Shown: in pieces, positions 10,110 through 20,761 of the stretch
How positions within the stretch are numbered: position 1 is the stretch's first letter
How the letters are laid out: each line of letters begins with the position of its first letter
IMG/VR virus record: IMGVR_UViG_3300027972_000007
Span: 32,001-96,000 of that record
Length of the DNA stretch: 64,000 nucleotides
Reading direction: 5' to 3' (one strand)
Origin: a virus
Position numbers and translations under genes: made by a program
The notes under the pieces: generated by a model
Seen by the model: the letters and a program-made list of their open reading frames with translations, nothing else
Told to the model about the DNA's origin: nothing
Databases searched by the model: none

Positions 10110-12050
10110 ATGATTCAGATAAACGGTTTTAAAAATGTAAATATAATTAACAGCAATATTTTTAGTGTTAATGAATTTTATGCTGACGATCTTATATCAT
10201 TTTTTAATGATCAACAAGATGTTACTGTTGATATTATAAATTCTGTTATTTATGCTGAACATATACTGAAATATAATGTTTTCAGTAAATCTGTCAATGT
10301 TTCGTTGAATAATGTAACATTGAGCACGACATTAGCTATTTTAAAAACATCTCACAGTCCTTTTTTAGCTGTTGATTCTTTAGAATATGAAACAGGTACT
10401 ATACAAGAAAGTTGGATTTCGCCAGTATATTCCACGCCAACAGCGAGTGCATACAGCGATTTTAATTATCTCAAAAGTAATTTAGGTATAACTGTTTCTG
10501 GTGATACAGATTATAAAACTGATGGATTAGAATGGTTTTCTGGGCAGAGAGATGGAATCGGTTCATTCTATTTTGAAAAGCCTGATAATGTTTTATCTGC
10601 ATCAGGATCCTCAGGTACTATTCCTTTTGATATTTCATTTTCAGTTAGTGCCACTTCTGCTAACACCAATAATAATGAAATAACCTATGATTTTGGTGAT
10701 GGCAATACTTCTGCCACAACTAATTTATTAATAACACATACTTATAATTCAGTTGGTACTTTTAGTGCAACGGCAGAAATAGAAACAAAAAATGAATGGT
10801 ATAAGTTAATAACTTCAGCAACAAAAATAACATCATATAGTGGTACGTTATCAGCTTCATATAATATTCACAATTTATCAACGTCAGCAGTTATTACAAG
10901 TGCTAATACATATCAGGATTTATTTTTGTCAGGAGATATATTAGGTGGTAGTCCAAATTTGTATGATATTAATTTTATAGATGATAATTATGAAAGTCAA
11001 AATGTAATTGATAGTCTAATTTATTATCCTTATAAATTTAAAACGCCAGGAACAAAAAATATAACATTAAAATTATATGATTCACCAGATACGTTTTCTG
11101 TTTCGGCAGCATTTATTGTGTCTGAATTACCCAGCACAACATATTATGTTGATATTAGTGAAACATACGATACAAATACTTCTAATATTGGTACCAGCGC
11201 AGATCCGTTTAATTATTTAGAATTCTATGATTATATTAAAACTGATGGGAGTGCAAGCGCTACAGATATTTTCAAATTACGTGGATATAGAGAGTTAACA
11301 AAACCAACGAGTGCAACATCTCCTTGGACTGCTATAGAAACAGATTCCGATAAAAAAATAACTATTGAATCTTGGGATCTTTCTGCTTATGGCCCTTGGT
11401 TATTAATAATAAATGATTATTCAGTTTATGATAGTACTATAGTTTCTTTTAAATCATCAATTCTAAAAAATGGCATTATCTATAACAAGCCATTTAATTT
11501 AAATAATACTGATTATGGTGGTACATATTATTTATCATATGCTTATAATATGTATTTAGTTCAACAAGGATTAAATAGTACTATTAAAGTATATCCAAAT
11601 ATTTCAGTTAGTGGCGTTGACGTTGAAGGATGTACAATTTATTCCGAAAATGGATTTAGTGATTTAAATACTTTTAGTGCTTATAATTTTAAAATTACTG
11701 ATTCTGTTATTACTGGATTTACAAGTTCGGCAAGCACATCAAGTTTTTTGAGCGCAAATTGTTATCTCTATAATGATACTTTTAGAGAAACTTCGGCTTA
11801 TATCGATTCTTATTTTATATTAAGTGCTAACGAAAATTGTCAATTTGGATGGTCATTACCTACTGATTATCCTTTTCTAAAAGGCGATAGTGGTTATAAT
11901 CAAACACTATCTTGGTTATTAATGAATAAAGAAATATTAGTTCCATTTAGTGGCATTACTACGCCGCCAAATCCAGGTAAAAATTACGACATATATAAAA
12001 ATTATGAAACTGGTTTATTTGGTTATAGTAGAAAGGATTATGTGAGATGA
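10110..12050 (+). CDS. Virion appendage protein with PKD domains
   Basis: YDFGDG...HTYNSVGTF PKD motif; YYVD...GTSADPF module. Confidence 0.7.
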   Translation: MIQINGFKNVNIINSNIFSVNEFYADDLISFFNDQQDVTVDIINSVIYAEHILKYNVFSKSVNVSLNNVTLSTTLAILKTSHSPFLAVDSLEYETGTIQESWISPVYSTPTASAYSDFNYLKSNLGITVSGDTDYKTDGLEWFSGQRDGIGSFYFEKPDNVLSASGSSGTIPFDISFSVSATSANTNNNEITYDFGDGNTSATTNLLITHTYNSVGTFSATAEIETKNEWYKLITSATKITSYSGTLSASYNIHNLSTSAVITSANTYQDLFLSGDILGGSPNLYDINFIDDNYESQNVIDSLIYYPYKFKTPGTKNITLKLYDSPDTFSVSAAFIVSELPSTTYYVDISETYDTNTSNIGTSADPFNYLEFYDYIKTDGSASATDIFKLRGYRELTKPTSATSPWTAIETDSDKKITIESWDLSAYGPWLLIINDYSVYDSTIVSFKSSILKNGIIYNKPFNLNNTDYGGTYYLSYAYNMYLVQQGLNSTIKVYPNISVSGVDVEGCTIYSENGFSDLNTFSAYNFKITDSVITGFTSSASTSSFLSANCYLYNDTFRETSAYIDSYFILSANENCQFGWSLPTDYPFLKGDSGYNQTLSWLLMNKEILVPFSGITTPPNPGKNYDIYKNYETGLFGYSRKDYVR

Positions 12051-13555
12051 GAGGACAAGTAACATATATTACAAGTGCTGCCACTTTGAACGAATATCAA
12101 ACTAATATAAATATTGATATTAATAATTCACTATTATTTACAACATTTAGTGCAGATAACGGCGATTATGGTTTGAGATCATTTTCGTATGATGACAGTG
12201 GTATTGTTACTTCAGCAGACAAAGATATAATTGGAAGTGTAGCAATCGAAAACATTGAAATAGATACTATTAATAAATTACTTTTTGTAGATTATGATAC
12301 TAAAATTTATTCTTATATTTATGATACTTCAGGTAATATGACAAGCGCCGATTGTTTTGAAGGATTAAGTTCAGCTACTAATATAAATGGGTTATGTGTC
12401 GACAATACAAATTCATTACTTTTTGCGAGCAGTGATCAATTTGCAGCTTTATCATTTTCATATGATACTTCAGGTAATATGACCAGCGCTGAAGAATATG
12501 GTACAAGTGCAGGAAAAATAGATTTAGATAAAGAAATAACTAAATTATTTCTTTTGAGTGCGGGAGCTGTTGTAATGGTATATTATGATACTTCAGGCAA
12601 TAATTTTGTTTATATGGATTCATTAGTATTAGATGATAATACAAATAATATTGCTATAGATAATATTAGAGATTTAATTTTTATTACAAGGAATATCAAT
12701 GGCGGTTTGATTTCAGTATTATACAATAATGCGAACATAACAACATCTGCATTTTCAAATTCGCCGGGCGGTGCAGGGTATGGCGTAATTATAGATCAAA
12801 ATAGGCAATTAGTTATCAATTGTAATGGTGTCGGAACGGGATATATTTATAGTTATAATTGTAATGGCGAATTAAAAATGTTAGATTATATACCTGGTTC
12901 ATCTGATAATAGATATATAGTAATTGATAATGTAAAAAAATTAATATTCACTAATGATGTTTATAGTGATAATGATCCTTATGGTAGAATAAAAAGTTTT
13001 TCATATGATTGGGATAGTACATTTTATTCTGATATAAATAATTCTTATTCTGATACTGGAACTGGAACAAGTGCAAGCCCATTTAATGAATCACAATTGG
13101 AATTATTTTTGAGTGGAACTTCGGCATTTGATGGTTATGTTACAAGTGCAGATACTATTAGAATAAAAGGTGATTGTATTAAAAGTACTGGAAGTAATTT
13201 ACAATTATTTGAAAATATAAATACAAAAGTAACAATTACTTCATGGCAAGATAGAAGTCCTTGGTCTGTTTATCATATAAGTGCTACGGGAATAAGTGGT
13301 TGCACTATGATTTCTCAATATGAACCGTCTAATTTTTCGACAAATAGCGCAGATATTGATTTAATAATAGAAGATGGGATCATAAATAAACCGTATATAA
13401 ATATGGATAATAATAGTGAATATTTTATTTTTAAAAATTGCATATTTTATGATAATTTAAATTTATCAATATTAGATGGTAGCATTTTAGATTTTAATGG
13501 CTGTACAAGAACCAGCGGGGATAATAACTATTATGGGTATCAATTGTTGGGTTAA
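12047..13555 (+). CDS. Virion protein with beta-propeller-like repeats
   Basis: Repeated ID..N.LLF...SFSYDTSGNMTSAD units. Confidence 0.65.
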   Translation: MRGQVTYITSAATLNEYQTNINIDINNSLLFTTFSADNGDYGLRSFSYDDSGIVTSADKDIIGSVAIENIEIDTINKLLFVDYDTKIYSYIYDTSGNMTSADCFEGLSSATNINGLCVDNTNSLLFASSDQFAALSFSYDTSGNMTSAEEYGTSAGKIDLDKEITKLFLLSAGAVVMVYYDTSGNNFVYMDSLVLDDNTNNIAIDNIRDLIFITRNINGGLISVLYNNANITTSAFSNSPGGAGYGVIIDQNRQLVINCNGVGTGYIYSYNCNGELKMLDYIPGSSDNRYIVIDNVKKLIFTNDVYSDNDPYGRIKSFSYDWDSTFYSDINNSYSDTGTGTSASPFNESQLELFLSGTSAFDGYVTSADTIRIKGDCIKSTGSNLQLFENINTKVTITSWQDRSPWSVYHISATGISGCTMISQYEPSNFSTNSADIDLIIEDGIINKPYINMDNNSEYFIFKNCIFYDNLNLSILDGSILDFNGCTRTSGDNNYYGYQLLG

Positions 13556-13567
13556 AAAGGATGATAA

Positions 13568-14617
13568 ATGTCAATAATTATTAGACATAATGACTGTGCT
13601 TTTATAGATAGCAAACCATATGATTTGGGTGCTGTTACTTCACCACTCGACGGTATAGATATATCTAGTATTGAATTTAATTATTGTGCAGTTACAGATT
13701 CACAGACAGTTTTTTCTGCTGGCGTTTCTGCTACCGATTCAATAACATATTTAAATAATGATTTTAGTTGGGATCAAGATAGTAAAGTTTTTCCTACATT
13801 TGCTAATATAGATAAAGAAAGTATTAGATTTAGTGAATATGGTTTAAGTTCCACTAGCGTAGATAGAGCTTCGAGCTGGGTTACTAATGATATTAATACT
13901 GGATTTTATCGAGATAGTAGATTAGGACCTGGAGCATGGTTTTTTAATTTAACGGGTCATATCGGGGCATTTTATTTTGGTCCTATTAGTGGAGCTCATG
14001 TTACTCCGGAACCATTAGAAATAACTTTAGAATTATTAGAACCAACTATTATAATTGGCGATGTTATAACAGTTACTCCCGAACCATTAAATATATTTTT
14101 AGAATTATTAGATCCAACAATTTATTCTTATGAAGATGTGGTTGTTGATTTTGTCGGCTCGCCACTTAAAGGTTCGAGTCCATTAGACGTAGATTTTACG
14201 GCAACAGTTAATTTGCTTTCAGAAACATTACAGAATTATAATATAACAAGTTATAAATGGTATTTTGATTATGATATTTCTGCCGCTACTTCTGCAACAA
14301 CAGATATTCCAACCACCAGCCATACATTTAGCGGATATTCAGGTAAAACATTTTCTATTAATTTAGATGTTGTTCTTACAAGCAAATCAACATCTGCTAC
14401 AATTACAAGAAGTAAATATAAATCTAATTATATAACTCTTTGTGGAATGCAACAACCAGTTAGATTTGGTACTGATAGATTGATTGATTTGAAAGGTTAT
14501 TTATCTGATTATCATCAAGAAACTGATATTTATAATTTTATAAAAATGTTTGAAGATTATTTAAATACAATGTATGAAGGAAATAAAAGTTACGAATACA
14601 GTGAAGAGGATTTATAA
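13568..14617 (+). CDS. PKD-domain baseplate protein carrying the N-part of a gp7-like domain
   Basis: VDFVGSPLKGSSPLDVDF...YKWYFD PKD motif; duplicated VTPEPL.I.LELL; helical C-terminus. Confidence 0.6.
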   Translation: MSIIIRHNDCAFIDSKPYDLGAVTSPLDGIDISSIEFNYCAVTDSQTVFSAGVSATDSITYLNNDFSWDQDSKVFPTFANIDKESIRFSEYGLSSTSVDRASSWVTNDINTGFYRDSRLGPGAWFFNLTGHIGAFYFGPISGAHVTPEPLEITLELLEPTIIIGDVITVTPEPLNIFLELLDPTIYSYEDVVVDFVGSPLKGSSPLDVDFTATVNLLSETLQNYNITSYKWYFDYDISAATSATTDIPTTSHTFSGYSGKTFSINLDVVLTSKSTSATITRSKYKSNYITLCGMQQPVRFGTDRLIDLKGYLSDYHQETDIYNFIKMFEDYLNTMYEGNKSYEYSEEDL

Positions 14618-15550
14618 GTGAATACTAAAAAAATAGTTTATATTTCGCCAGATTTTGCAACGAGTGGTATATCCATATTAGAGAAAATTCATCGATTAAA
14701 TGATTTACAAGATCCTGATTTAATGGATGTGGAGCACTTGCAATATTTTGCTAATAATTTAGGGTATAATGTAAATATTAATAGGGGGGAATTAGGGAAT
14801 TTAGCAGAATATGTGACGAGTGCTACATGTCCTGATATTGAAACTGAAAAATATTTGCGTTTTGCTATTAGAAATCTACCATTCTGGTATCGTATAAAAA
14901 CAACTCATAATGCAGTTAAAATAATGCTGTATTCTTTTGGATTAATTGGCGATATTTCTCAATATTATACTGATAATTATTTGCCTGAATCTGAAGGAGG
15001 AAGATGGGTAACAGAAGATATTAATCATCTAAGTTATTCATTAAGTGGAATCCCAAGTAATTTTTATCCGACGCCACATTTTATTGTGTGGGTGAACCTT
15101 GACCTCAGCACCAATAATTTGTCGTGGCAATATGAGAAGAAAAATGAAATAGTAAATGCAATAGAATCTGTCAAACCAGCCAATACCGTTTTTAGAAAAT
15201 TGGGTGGCTATACTAAAATTCCAATTAATCTCTATTGTTCGATTGCAGTTCGTTTTCATAGTATTTATATAAAATTACCAGTAGATGACGTATACGGCGA
15301 TTCCGATCATTGGTTTGGTTCAGCATCTGAATCTATGTCAGAATCTGCTTCTGAAAGTAAGTCTGCAAGTCTTTCAGAATCTGCTTCTGGATCACTTTCA
15401 GAATCTGCAAGTGAATCGAAAAGTCCAAGCAAATCTGAATCTGCTTCTGGATCATTGTCAGAATCTGCAAGCGGTTCTGCAAGTCCAAGTTTAAGTGAAT
15501 CTGCTTCTGGAAGTTTATCGGAATCTGCAAGCCCGTCAGGGGAAGAATAA
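14618..15550 (+). CDS. Baseplate wedge gp7/tail protein I-like with Ser-rich tail
   Basis: GTG start after GAGGA; DPDLMDVEHLQYFANNLG, WYRIKTT, ESVKPANT motifs; C-terminal SESAS repeats. Confidence 0.7.
   Translation: MNTKKIVYISPDFATSGISILEKIHRLNDLQDPDLMDVEHLQYFANNLGYNVNINRGELGNLAEYVTSATCPDIETEKYLRFAIRNLPFWYRIKTTHNAVKIMLYSFGLIGDISQYYTDNYLPESEGGRWVTEDINHLSYSLSGIPSNFYPTPHFIVWVNLDLSTNNLSWQYEKKNEIVNAIESVKPANTVFRKLGGYTKIPINLYCSIAVRFHSIYIKLPVDDVYGDSDHWFGSASESMSESASESKSASLSESASGSLSESASESKSPSKSESASGSLSESASGSASPSLSESASGSLSESASPSGEE
15320..15540 (+). repeat. Serine-rich coding repeat (SESAS/GSLSESAS)
   Basis: Repeated gaatctgcttct / gaatctgcaag units. Confidence 0.9.
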
Positions 15551-15588
15551 TAAATAATTAAAATGATTATATTTAAAGGAGAAAATAA

Positions 15589-17616
15589 ATGTCTTTGCTA
15601 AATTTCAATATCGTGACTGAAAGTGGGCTGAACTATATTACTAGCGCATATAACGGCGGTCCATTAATTGCAATAAAATATTTTTTGCCATGCTATGACT
15701 ATCGAATCGACCAATTTGTGCATGACGGCTCGGAAACTTCAGTTATTGCTTTATCTGCTTCTGTTTCAGCTACAGACACAACTCCATCAGGAGAAAAAAT
15801 ATGGAATATATCAACAGATAATGCATATACTTTATCTGATACTGACGATTTTGTAACAAGTGCAGGCGGAGAAACATTAGATGACAGCGGCGATCCTTGG
15901 ATATTAACTGATGCAGTAATTTCAAAAGAACAAAAAATCAATTTATATAATGGTGTACCTTTAAGTAATTATGTTTCTGGAAGTGATGTTGATGCTTCAG
16001 CCACTTCTAATGCTTGGGAAATTTATGATGGTGCTTTAGTTGTCGGAAATAATGATGTTCCTGCAGAAACTTCAGCAGGTTCAAATAGATATTTTCAAGT
16101 TGTTGATTATTATCCAGTTTCTGACGGTAGTGTTCTAAAGGGTAGTTTTAAATGTAGATTAAATAAAAAATTAGGTACTGTTAAATTTAACAAAATAGCA
16201 TTATATGTTGTCCAGGTAGATAATAATGGTGTGGAAACTTCTTCGCCTGCATTATTTGCAGAAGCTGTAATAGATTCGCCTATTACAAAAACAAATTATG
16301 GAACTTCGGGTTTTGAAGATATTGTTATTGATGTTCAGATTCAAATTGGGTCAGTTACTACAAATTTCAGTGATGTTTTTTATGCAACAAGCGCAGATTA
16401 TTGGAGTAGAACAGTAGGTGGAGTTTATTATTCTGAAAAAGTTGGTATTGGTGTTTTTGATGACGGCTATGAAGAAATGCAAAATAAATTACATATTAAA
16501 GAGTCTGATGCCACAAAGCCACAATTAAGATTGGATTATGGAATAGGAACTTCGGCATTAACTTCAGCAACATTTCATACTACGTCGGCAGGCAATTTAG
16601 AAATTACATTATCAAGTAATAAAGCGATTCAACCAAAAACAACCGATTCTATCGATTTAGGAACCAGTGCTTTGGAATATAGAAAAGTTTATGCAACATC
16701 AGCTAATTTTGATTATTTGGATGATTCCGGTGCTGGTAGTATTAAGGTAAATAAAAATGTAGTGCCACTCACGCATAATGCTTATAATTTAGGCACTTCG
16801 ACCAGTCGTTGGGAAAATGGTTATTTTAATATTTTAGAAAGTAGCGCATCATATTCTGATTATTATTGTCCGAACACTAATGCTGTATCATATGCCAGTT
16901 TAGGTTCGAGTAGCAGAATTTGGAAATATTTATTTGCTGATACTTTATCTAATCCTAATAGTACAATTAAAATTGCAGAAACAATAATTCCGGTGACTGA
17001 TGAACGTTGTGGATTGGGTGATTCAAGTCATGCATATAGTGCTGCGTATATTAAAGATTTATATTTATCGAAAAAAAATAATTTTAAAACTGGTGAGTGG
17101 TATTTTTTAGGTAATCATACTTGGTATCCGAATAATGGATCTTTCTGGAATGCTGTTCCAACAGGTTTCGATAAATCATATAGTAGTTTGTACAATGAAT
17201 CACAATGGGATTATGTTGATATTTGGAATTGGAAATTTAGTGTTATTGGAAAAACATTATTTATAAAATTTACATTTCAATTAGATAAAAGTTCAAATAG
17301 TTTGACTGGAAGAACTGCTAATATATGCAGAACTGCAATTTTAACAGGTTCTAATGAAGGAGATTTATTAAATTCTATAGTTTCTGATAAAGCTGCAGGT
17401 ATCGCTACAAGCAGTAATAATCATTGTTTTACTATTGTTAATCCACAAACATCCGATCCAGTATTAATTTTAATGGTTAAATTTTTTAATTCTGCTGAGA
17501 GTGGTTTTGATCAGAGAAATGGATTTTTATTTTCAATACAAAAATCTTCTTCTGCAGCATGGAATAGTGCAGCAAGATATTATGCCGCATGTACTTTAAC
17601 TTATGAATTATCATAA
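15589..17616 (+). CDS. Baseplate/short fibre protein
   Basis: N-terminal VTESGL..I motif; repeated P.T....LG....W fibre units. Confidence 0.65.
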   Translation: MSLLNFNIVTESGLNYITSAYNGGPLIAIKYFLPCYDYRIDQFVHDGSETSVIALSASVSATDTTPSGEKIWNISTDNAYTLSDTDDFVTSAGGETLDDSGDPWILTDAVISKEQKINLYNGVPLSNYVSGSDVDASATSNAWEIYDGALVVGNNDVPAETSAGSNRYFQVVDYYPVSDGSVLKGSFKCRLNKKLGTVKFNKIALYVVQVDNNGVETSSPALFAEAVIDSPITKTNYGTSGFEDIVIDVQIQIGSVTTNFSDVFYATSADYWSRTVGGVYYSEKVGIGVFDDGYEEMQNKLHIKESDATKPQLRLDYGIGTSALTSATFHTTSAGNLEITLSSNKAIQPKTTDSIDLGTSALEYRKVYATSANFDYLDDSGAGSIKVNKNVVPLTHNAYNLGTSTSRWENGYFNILESSASYSDYYCPNTNAVSYASLGSSSRIWKYLFADTLSNPNSTIKIAETIIPVTDERCGLGDSSHAYSAAYIKDLYLSKKNNFKTGEWYFLGNHTWYPNNGSFWNAVPTGFDKSYSSLYNESQWDYVDIWNWKFSVIGKTLFIKFTFQLDKSSNSLTGRTANICRTAILTGSNEGDLLNSIVSDKAAGIATSSNNHCFTIVNPQTSDPVLILMVKFFNSAESGFDQRNGFLFSIQKSSSAAWNSAARYYAACTLTYELS

Positions 17617-17626
17617 AAGGATATAA

Positions 17627-18136
17627 ATGGGCACGCCTAATTTTTTTAATACTACAAAATGGAGGTTGGAATTTTCTAATATTCCAACTATTACTAATTT
17701 AAACAATATGAAATTGTATAATGATTATGTAAGAAATTGTACAATACCAGAATTTGCATTAGATAATGATTACAGTAATTATGGTACAGTTATTTATAAA
17801 AGGCCTATTACAAAAGTTAATGAAAATTTAGGTAATTTGGATATTGAATTTAAATGTTCTGAAGATTTAGAAAATTATACTAATCTGTTTCAATATATTC
17901 AGTATTTAAAATATGGCGAAGATTTACCTGAAGATGTAATAGTAGATAATGTTATAAAAAATATTAGTATTGTAATATTAGATAATCAAAATAGAGATAA
18001 GAAAATAATTTATTTTACGAATGTTTATTTGAGTTCAATTAGTAGTTTAAATTTACTATATGGTGAAGAAATAGAAGTGACGTTTACTGCTTCATTCTTC
18101 TTTCAAGAGATGAAAATTAAAGATCCACAAGCATAA
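17627..18136 (+). CDS. Tail tube terminator / tail completion gp3-like
   Basis: FSNIP...CTIP...LDIEFKCSEDLENY...FTASF pattern of tube-fold proteins. Confidence 0.7.
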   Translation: MGTPNFFNTTKWRLEFSNIPTITNLNNMKLYNDYVRNCTIPEFALDNDYSNYGTVIYKRPITKVNENLGNLDIEFKCSEDLENYTNLFQYIQYLKYGEDLPEDVIVDNVIKNISIVILDNQNRDKKIIYFTNVYLSSISSLNLLYGEEIEVTFTASFFFQEMKIKDPQA

Positions 18137-18147
18137 AGAGGTAACAA

Positions 18148-18510
18148 ATGAATATTGTGAAAGTTGAATTGTTGAAAGATGCTAATGTAATTATTGAAAC
18201 ATTAGAAAGAATTGGTATAGCAAATATAGGTTTAAAAACATTATGGCCAAGCTGTTATTTGTATACTGAAAATGAAGAACATTTTATAGTTCATTTTAAA
18301 GAATTGTTTTTATTAACTAAAGAAAATAGCTATAATAATGTAAGTGAAAAAGATATTGAAAGAAGAAATGCTGTAATATGGAATTTAAAAAATTGGGGGT
18401 TGATTAATGTCGATGAAAATTTAATTGAGCCCCATAGTGAAAAAGTATTTGTATTGCAGCATAAAGAAAAAAGAGAATGGAAAATAGAACATAAGATTAA
18501 GTACAGATAA
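18148..18510 (+). CDS. regA: Translational repressor RegA
   Basis: ETLERIGIA, L.PSC, IVHFKELF, RRN..I..L..WGL motifs of T4 RegA. Confidence 0.9.
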   Translation: MNIVKVELLKDANVIIETLERIGIANIGLKTLWPSCYLYTENEEHFIVHFKELFLLTKENSYNNVSEKDIERRNAVIWNLKNWGLINVDENLIEPHSEKVFVLQHKEKREWKIEHKIKYR

Positions 18511-18518
18511 AATATTCC

Positions 18519-18551
18519 TTGACTTTTATTGCGTTATAATATATATTATAA
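18519..18551 (+). promoter_or_regulatory. Repeated sigma70-type phage promoter
   Basis: TTGACT-N17-TATATT overlapped by the palindrome TTATAATATATATTATAA; about 10 copies in the window. Confidence 0.8.
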
Positions 18552-18587
18552 TAAGAAAGAAAATAAACAATTAAAAGGAGAAAATAT

Positions 18588-18908
18588 ATGAATAAGAAAG
18601 TTGTAGATTATCTGAATGAGGATGTAAAGAAAACAATAAAATTATCCGATGTCAGAAAAAAGTTGGAAGAAGAAAATGTCGGCGATCAGATAACCACAAA
18701 AAACGGTAATATATTAGTAAGAAAAGGATATTTTTATTCGAGCGGGGGTAGCGAAGAAAAATTAGCTTCCAGAATTACTCCAATTTTAGATTCTATGAAT
18801 ATTAAATACACAATAGTTGATAAAGGAAATGTATGGAGATCTTTTAAAGGCGGTGCGCCCATAGCCAAACAGTCCCATTGGTATGTAGAAATAAAAATAA
18901 ATGAATAA
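18588..18908 (+). CDS. Putative internal head protein (capsid-targeting N-terminus)
   Basis: MNKKVVDYLNE leader shared with three other ORFs. Confidence 0.6.
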   Translation: MNKKVVDYLNEDVKKTIKLSDVRKKLEEENVGDQITTKNGNILVRKGYFYSSGGSEEKLASRITPILDSMNIKYTIVDKGNVWRSFKGGAPIAKQSHWYVEIKINE

Positions 18909-19037
18909 TTTAAATTCATATGAAATTATTATCTAATATTTGGAAATCTTTTATTCTATTAAACAAAGTTGTAATAGGATTTATTGTAGTTTTCTTTTAC
19001 TTTGATTATTTAATAATTTTTTATAAAGGACAATAAT

Positions 19038-19301
19038 ATGTCATTAGGTAGTAACAGAGTCGGATTGCCGGGAGTATACACCAATAAAGTTAAAGAAACA
19101 TCTCATAAGATTATTATTGGAGATAAAGAATATACATTAAAAATTAAAAATAAATCTCATATGGGTAATCCAGTTGGTTTTAATTATACTATTAATGATA
19201 GTAAAAAGATTTTTTGTAATCGTTTAACAAGAGATGAAGTTATTGAAAGTGCTAAAAAAAGAATAGAAAGTGGTAATATAATAGATTATTTAAAAAAATA
19301 G
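19038..19301 (+). CDS. Hypothetical protein
   Basis: AAGGA RBS; leader duplicated at 19628-19660. Confidence 0.6.
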   Translation: MSLGSNRVGLPGVYTNKVKETSHKIIIGDKEYTLKIKNKSHMGNPVGFNYTINDSKKIFCNRLTRDEVIESAKKRIESGNIIDYLKK

Positions 19302-19327
19302 ATTCTTTTCTTAAGGAGTATGGAGTT

Positions 19328-19582
19328 ATGAATAAGAAAGTTGCAGATTATTTAAATGAGGCAGCGAATAAAAAGAAAACTAAAGGAAAACTATTAACAA
19401 TAAAAACGGCAAAGACAGCAAAGGTTATTAGAAACATACAGCATCCAGAATGGGGAACAAAAAAGTTTAATTACAACGACCAACCACTTCCTAATGGTGA
19501 TGTTTGTAGTTCATTTGGAAGTGGGTCAGATTCGGCAGTTCTTTTCGAAAAAGACTATAAGTTTTGGGAAGTAGTCGCATAA
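19328..19582 (+). CDS. Putative internal head protein
   Basis: MNKKVADYLNE leader. Confidence 0.6.
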   Translation: MNKKVADYLNEAANKKKTKGKLLTIKTAKTAKVIRNIQHPEWGTKKFNYNDQPLPNGDVCSSFGSGSDSAVLFEKDYKFWEVVA

Positions 19583-19658
19583 AAGAAAAGTCCGATTTTT
19601 ACAAATATAATTTTCTTTTATACAACATATTTAATAATTTTTTATAAAGGACAATAAC

Positions 19659-19976
19659 ATGAATAAGAAAGTTGTAGATTATTTGAATGAAACGGTAAAT
19701 GATATACATAAAAGTAATACTAACGAAGAACAAATTTTAGAATATTTAGAGAAAAATAAAATAAAATTTAAAATTTTAAAGAATCATATTAAATTAGTTA
19801 ATTATGATTACAATAAAAAAGACAACGATTTTGTTGAAAATTTAGGCTATATGATAAAATATGATTCTAATAGTGATTATTTTAAATTATATCCAAGAGT
19901 TCAACAACATTTTAATTATCTACACTGGACTCAATATACAACAAGACGACAGCAAACACCGGAAGGTTCTAAATAA
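19659..19976 (+). CDS. Putative internal head protein
   Basis: MNKKVVDYLNE leader. Confidence 0.55.
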   Translation: MNKKVVDYLNETVNDIHKSNTNEEQILEYLEKNKIKFKILKNHIKLVNYDYNKKDNDFVENLGYMIKYDSNSDYFKLYPRVQQHFNYLHWTQYTTRRQQTPEGSK

Positions 19977-20038
19977 TTATAAAAATAAAAGAGTTTGGAT
20001 TGATGCTTATACTCAATTAATAAAGGTTTATCCTTCTT

Positions 20039-20644
20039 ATGAATTTGAATTTGGTTTGTTCAGATTTTTCTTGTCCTTGTTATAGTGAATGTTGTTTTCT
20101 TCCAACTTCATTATTCCCTTATTTTAATGAAATTACATTTTTATTTGTTGGCCAAGGCGGCGGTAGCGAAGAAAGAAAACAACGATTACCTTTTGTTGGT
20201 GATGCAGGAAAACGACTCCACGATCTTTTAAACTTGTGTAAAGAAACATATCACCATTTTGGTTTTGCCCTTTCTAATACTATTCGTAATAATCCGGAAA
20301 ATAATAGAGTTCCTACAAAAGAAGAATACGACCATTGTAAAATTCATCTTTATAAAGATATACAAAATTTAAGAGAATTTGGTCTTTCAGTAATAATTCC
20401 TCTTGGAAATAATTCTAAAGAATTATTATTAAATATTAAAGGTACTATGAAAAATTGTCACGGTAATATATATAAGTATAAAGATTACATTATAGTGCCA
20501 ACATATCATCCAGCAGCTATGATTAGACAAAATCCAATCTTTAATGAAAACAAATTAAGTGAATTCGAACAATGTTTTATTGATGATATGGGTAAAGTGT
20601 TTAAGTACTTAAAATTATATCCAAAAACCGATAAAATAGTATAG
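20039..20644 (+). CDS. Uracil-DNA glycosylase family 4-like
   Basis: FVGQGGGSEE...PFVGDAG, LG, TYHPAA motifs; N-terminal Cys cluster. Confidence 0.85.
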   Translation: MNLNLVCSDFSCPCYSECCFLPTSLFPYFNEITFLFVGQGGGSEERKQRLPFVGDAGKRLHDLLNLCKETYHHFGFALSNTIRNNPENNRVPTKEEYDHCKIHLYKDIQNLREFGLSVIIPLGNNSKELLLNIKGTMKNCHGNIYKYKDYIIVPTYHPAAMIRQNPIFNENKLSEFEQCFIDDMGKVFKYLKLYPKTDKIV

Positions 20645-20653
20645 ATTTTATAC

Positions 20654-20715
20654 CTAGAATTGAGGATAATTGGAAAGTAATATCAAAGTATATTAAAAAT
20701 TATCCTTGTTTTTAG
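20654..20715. repeat. 62-bp imperfect palindromic element, copy A
   Basis: CTAGAATTGAGGATAATT-26 nt-AATTATCCTTGTTTTTAG; homologous to 34567 and 36035. Confidence 0.8.
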
Positions 20716-20761
20716 ACTCAAAATAATATATATTTAATAGATATATTTTCAAAGGAGTTTT

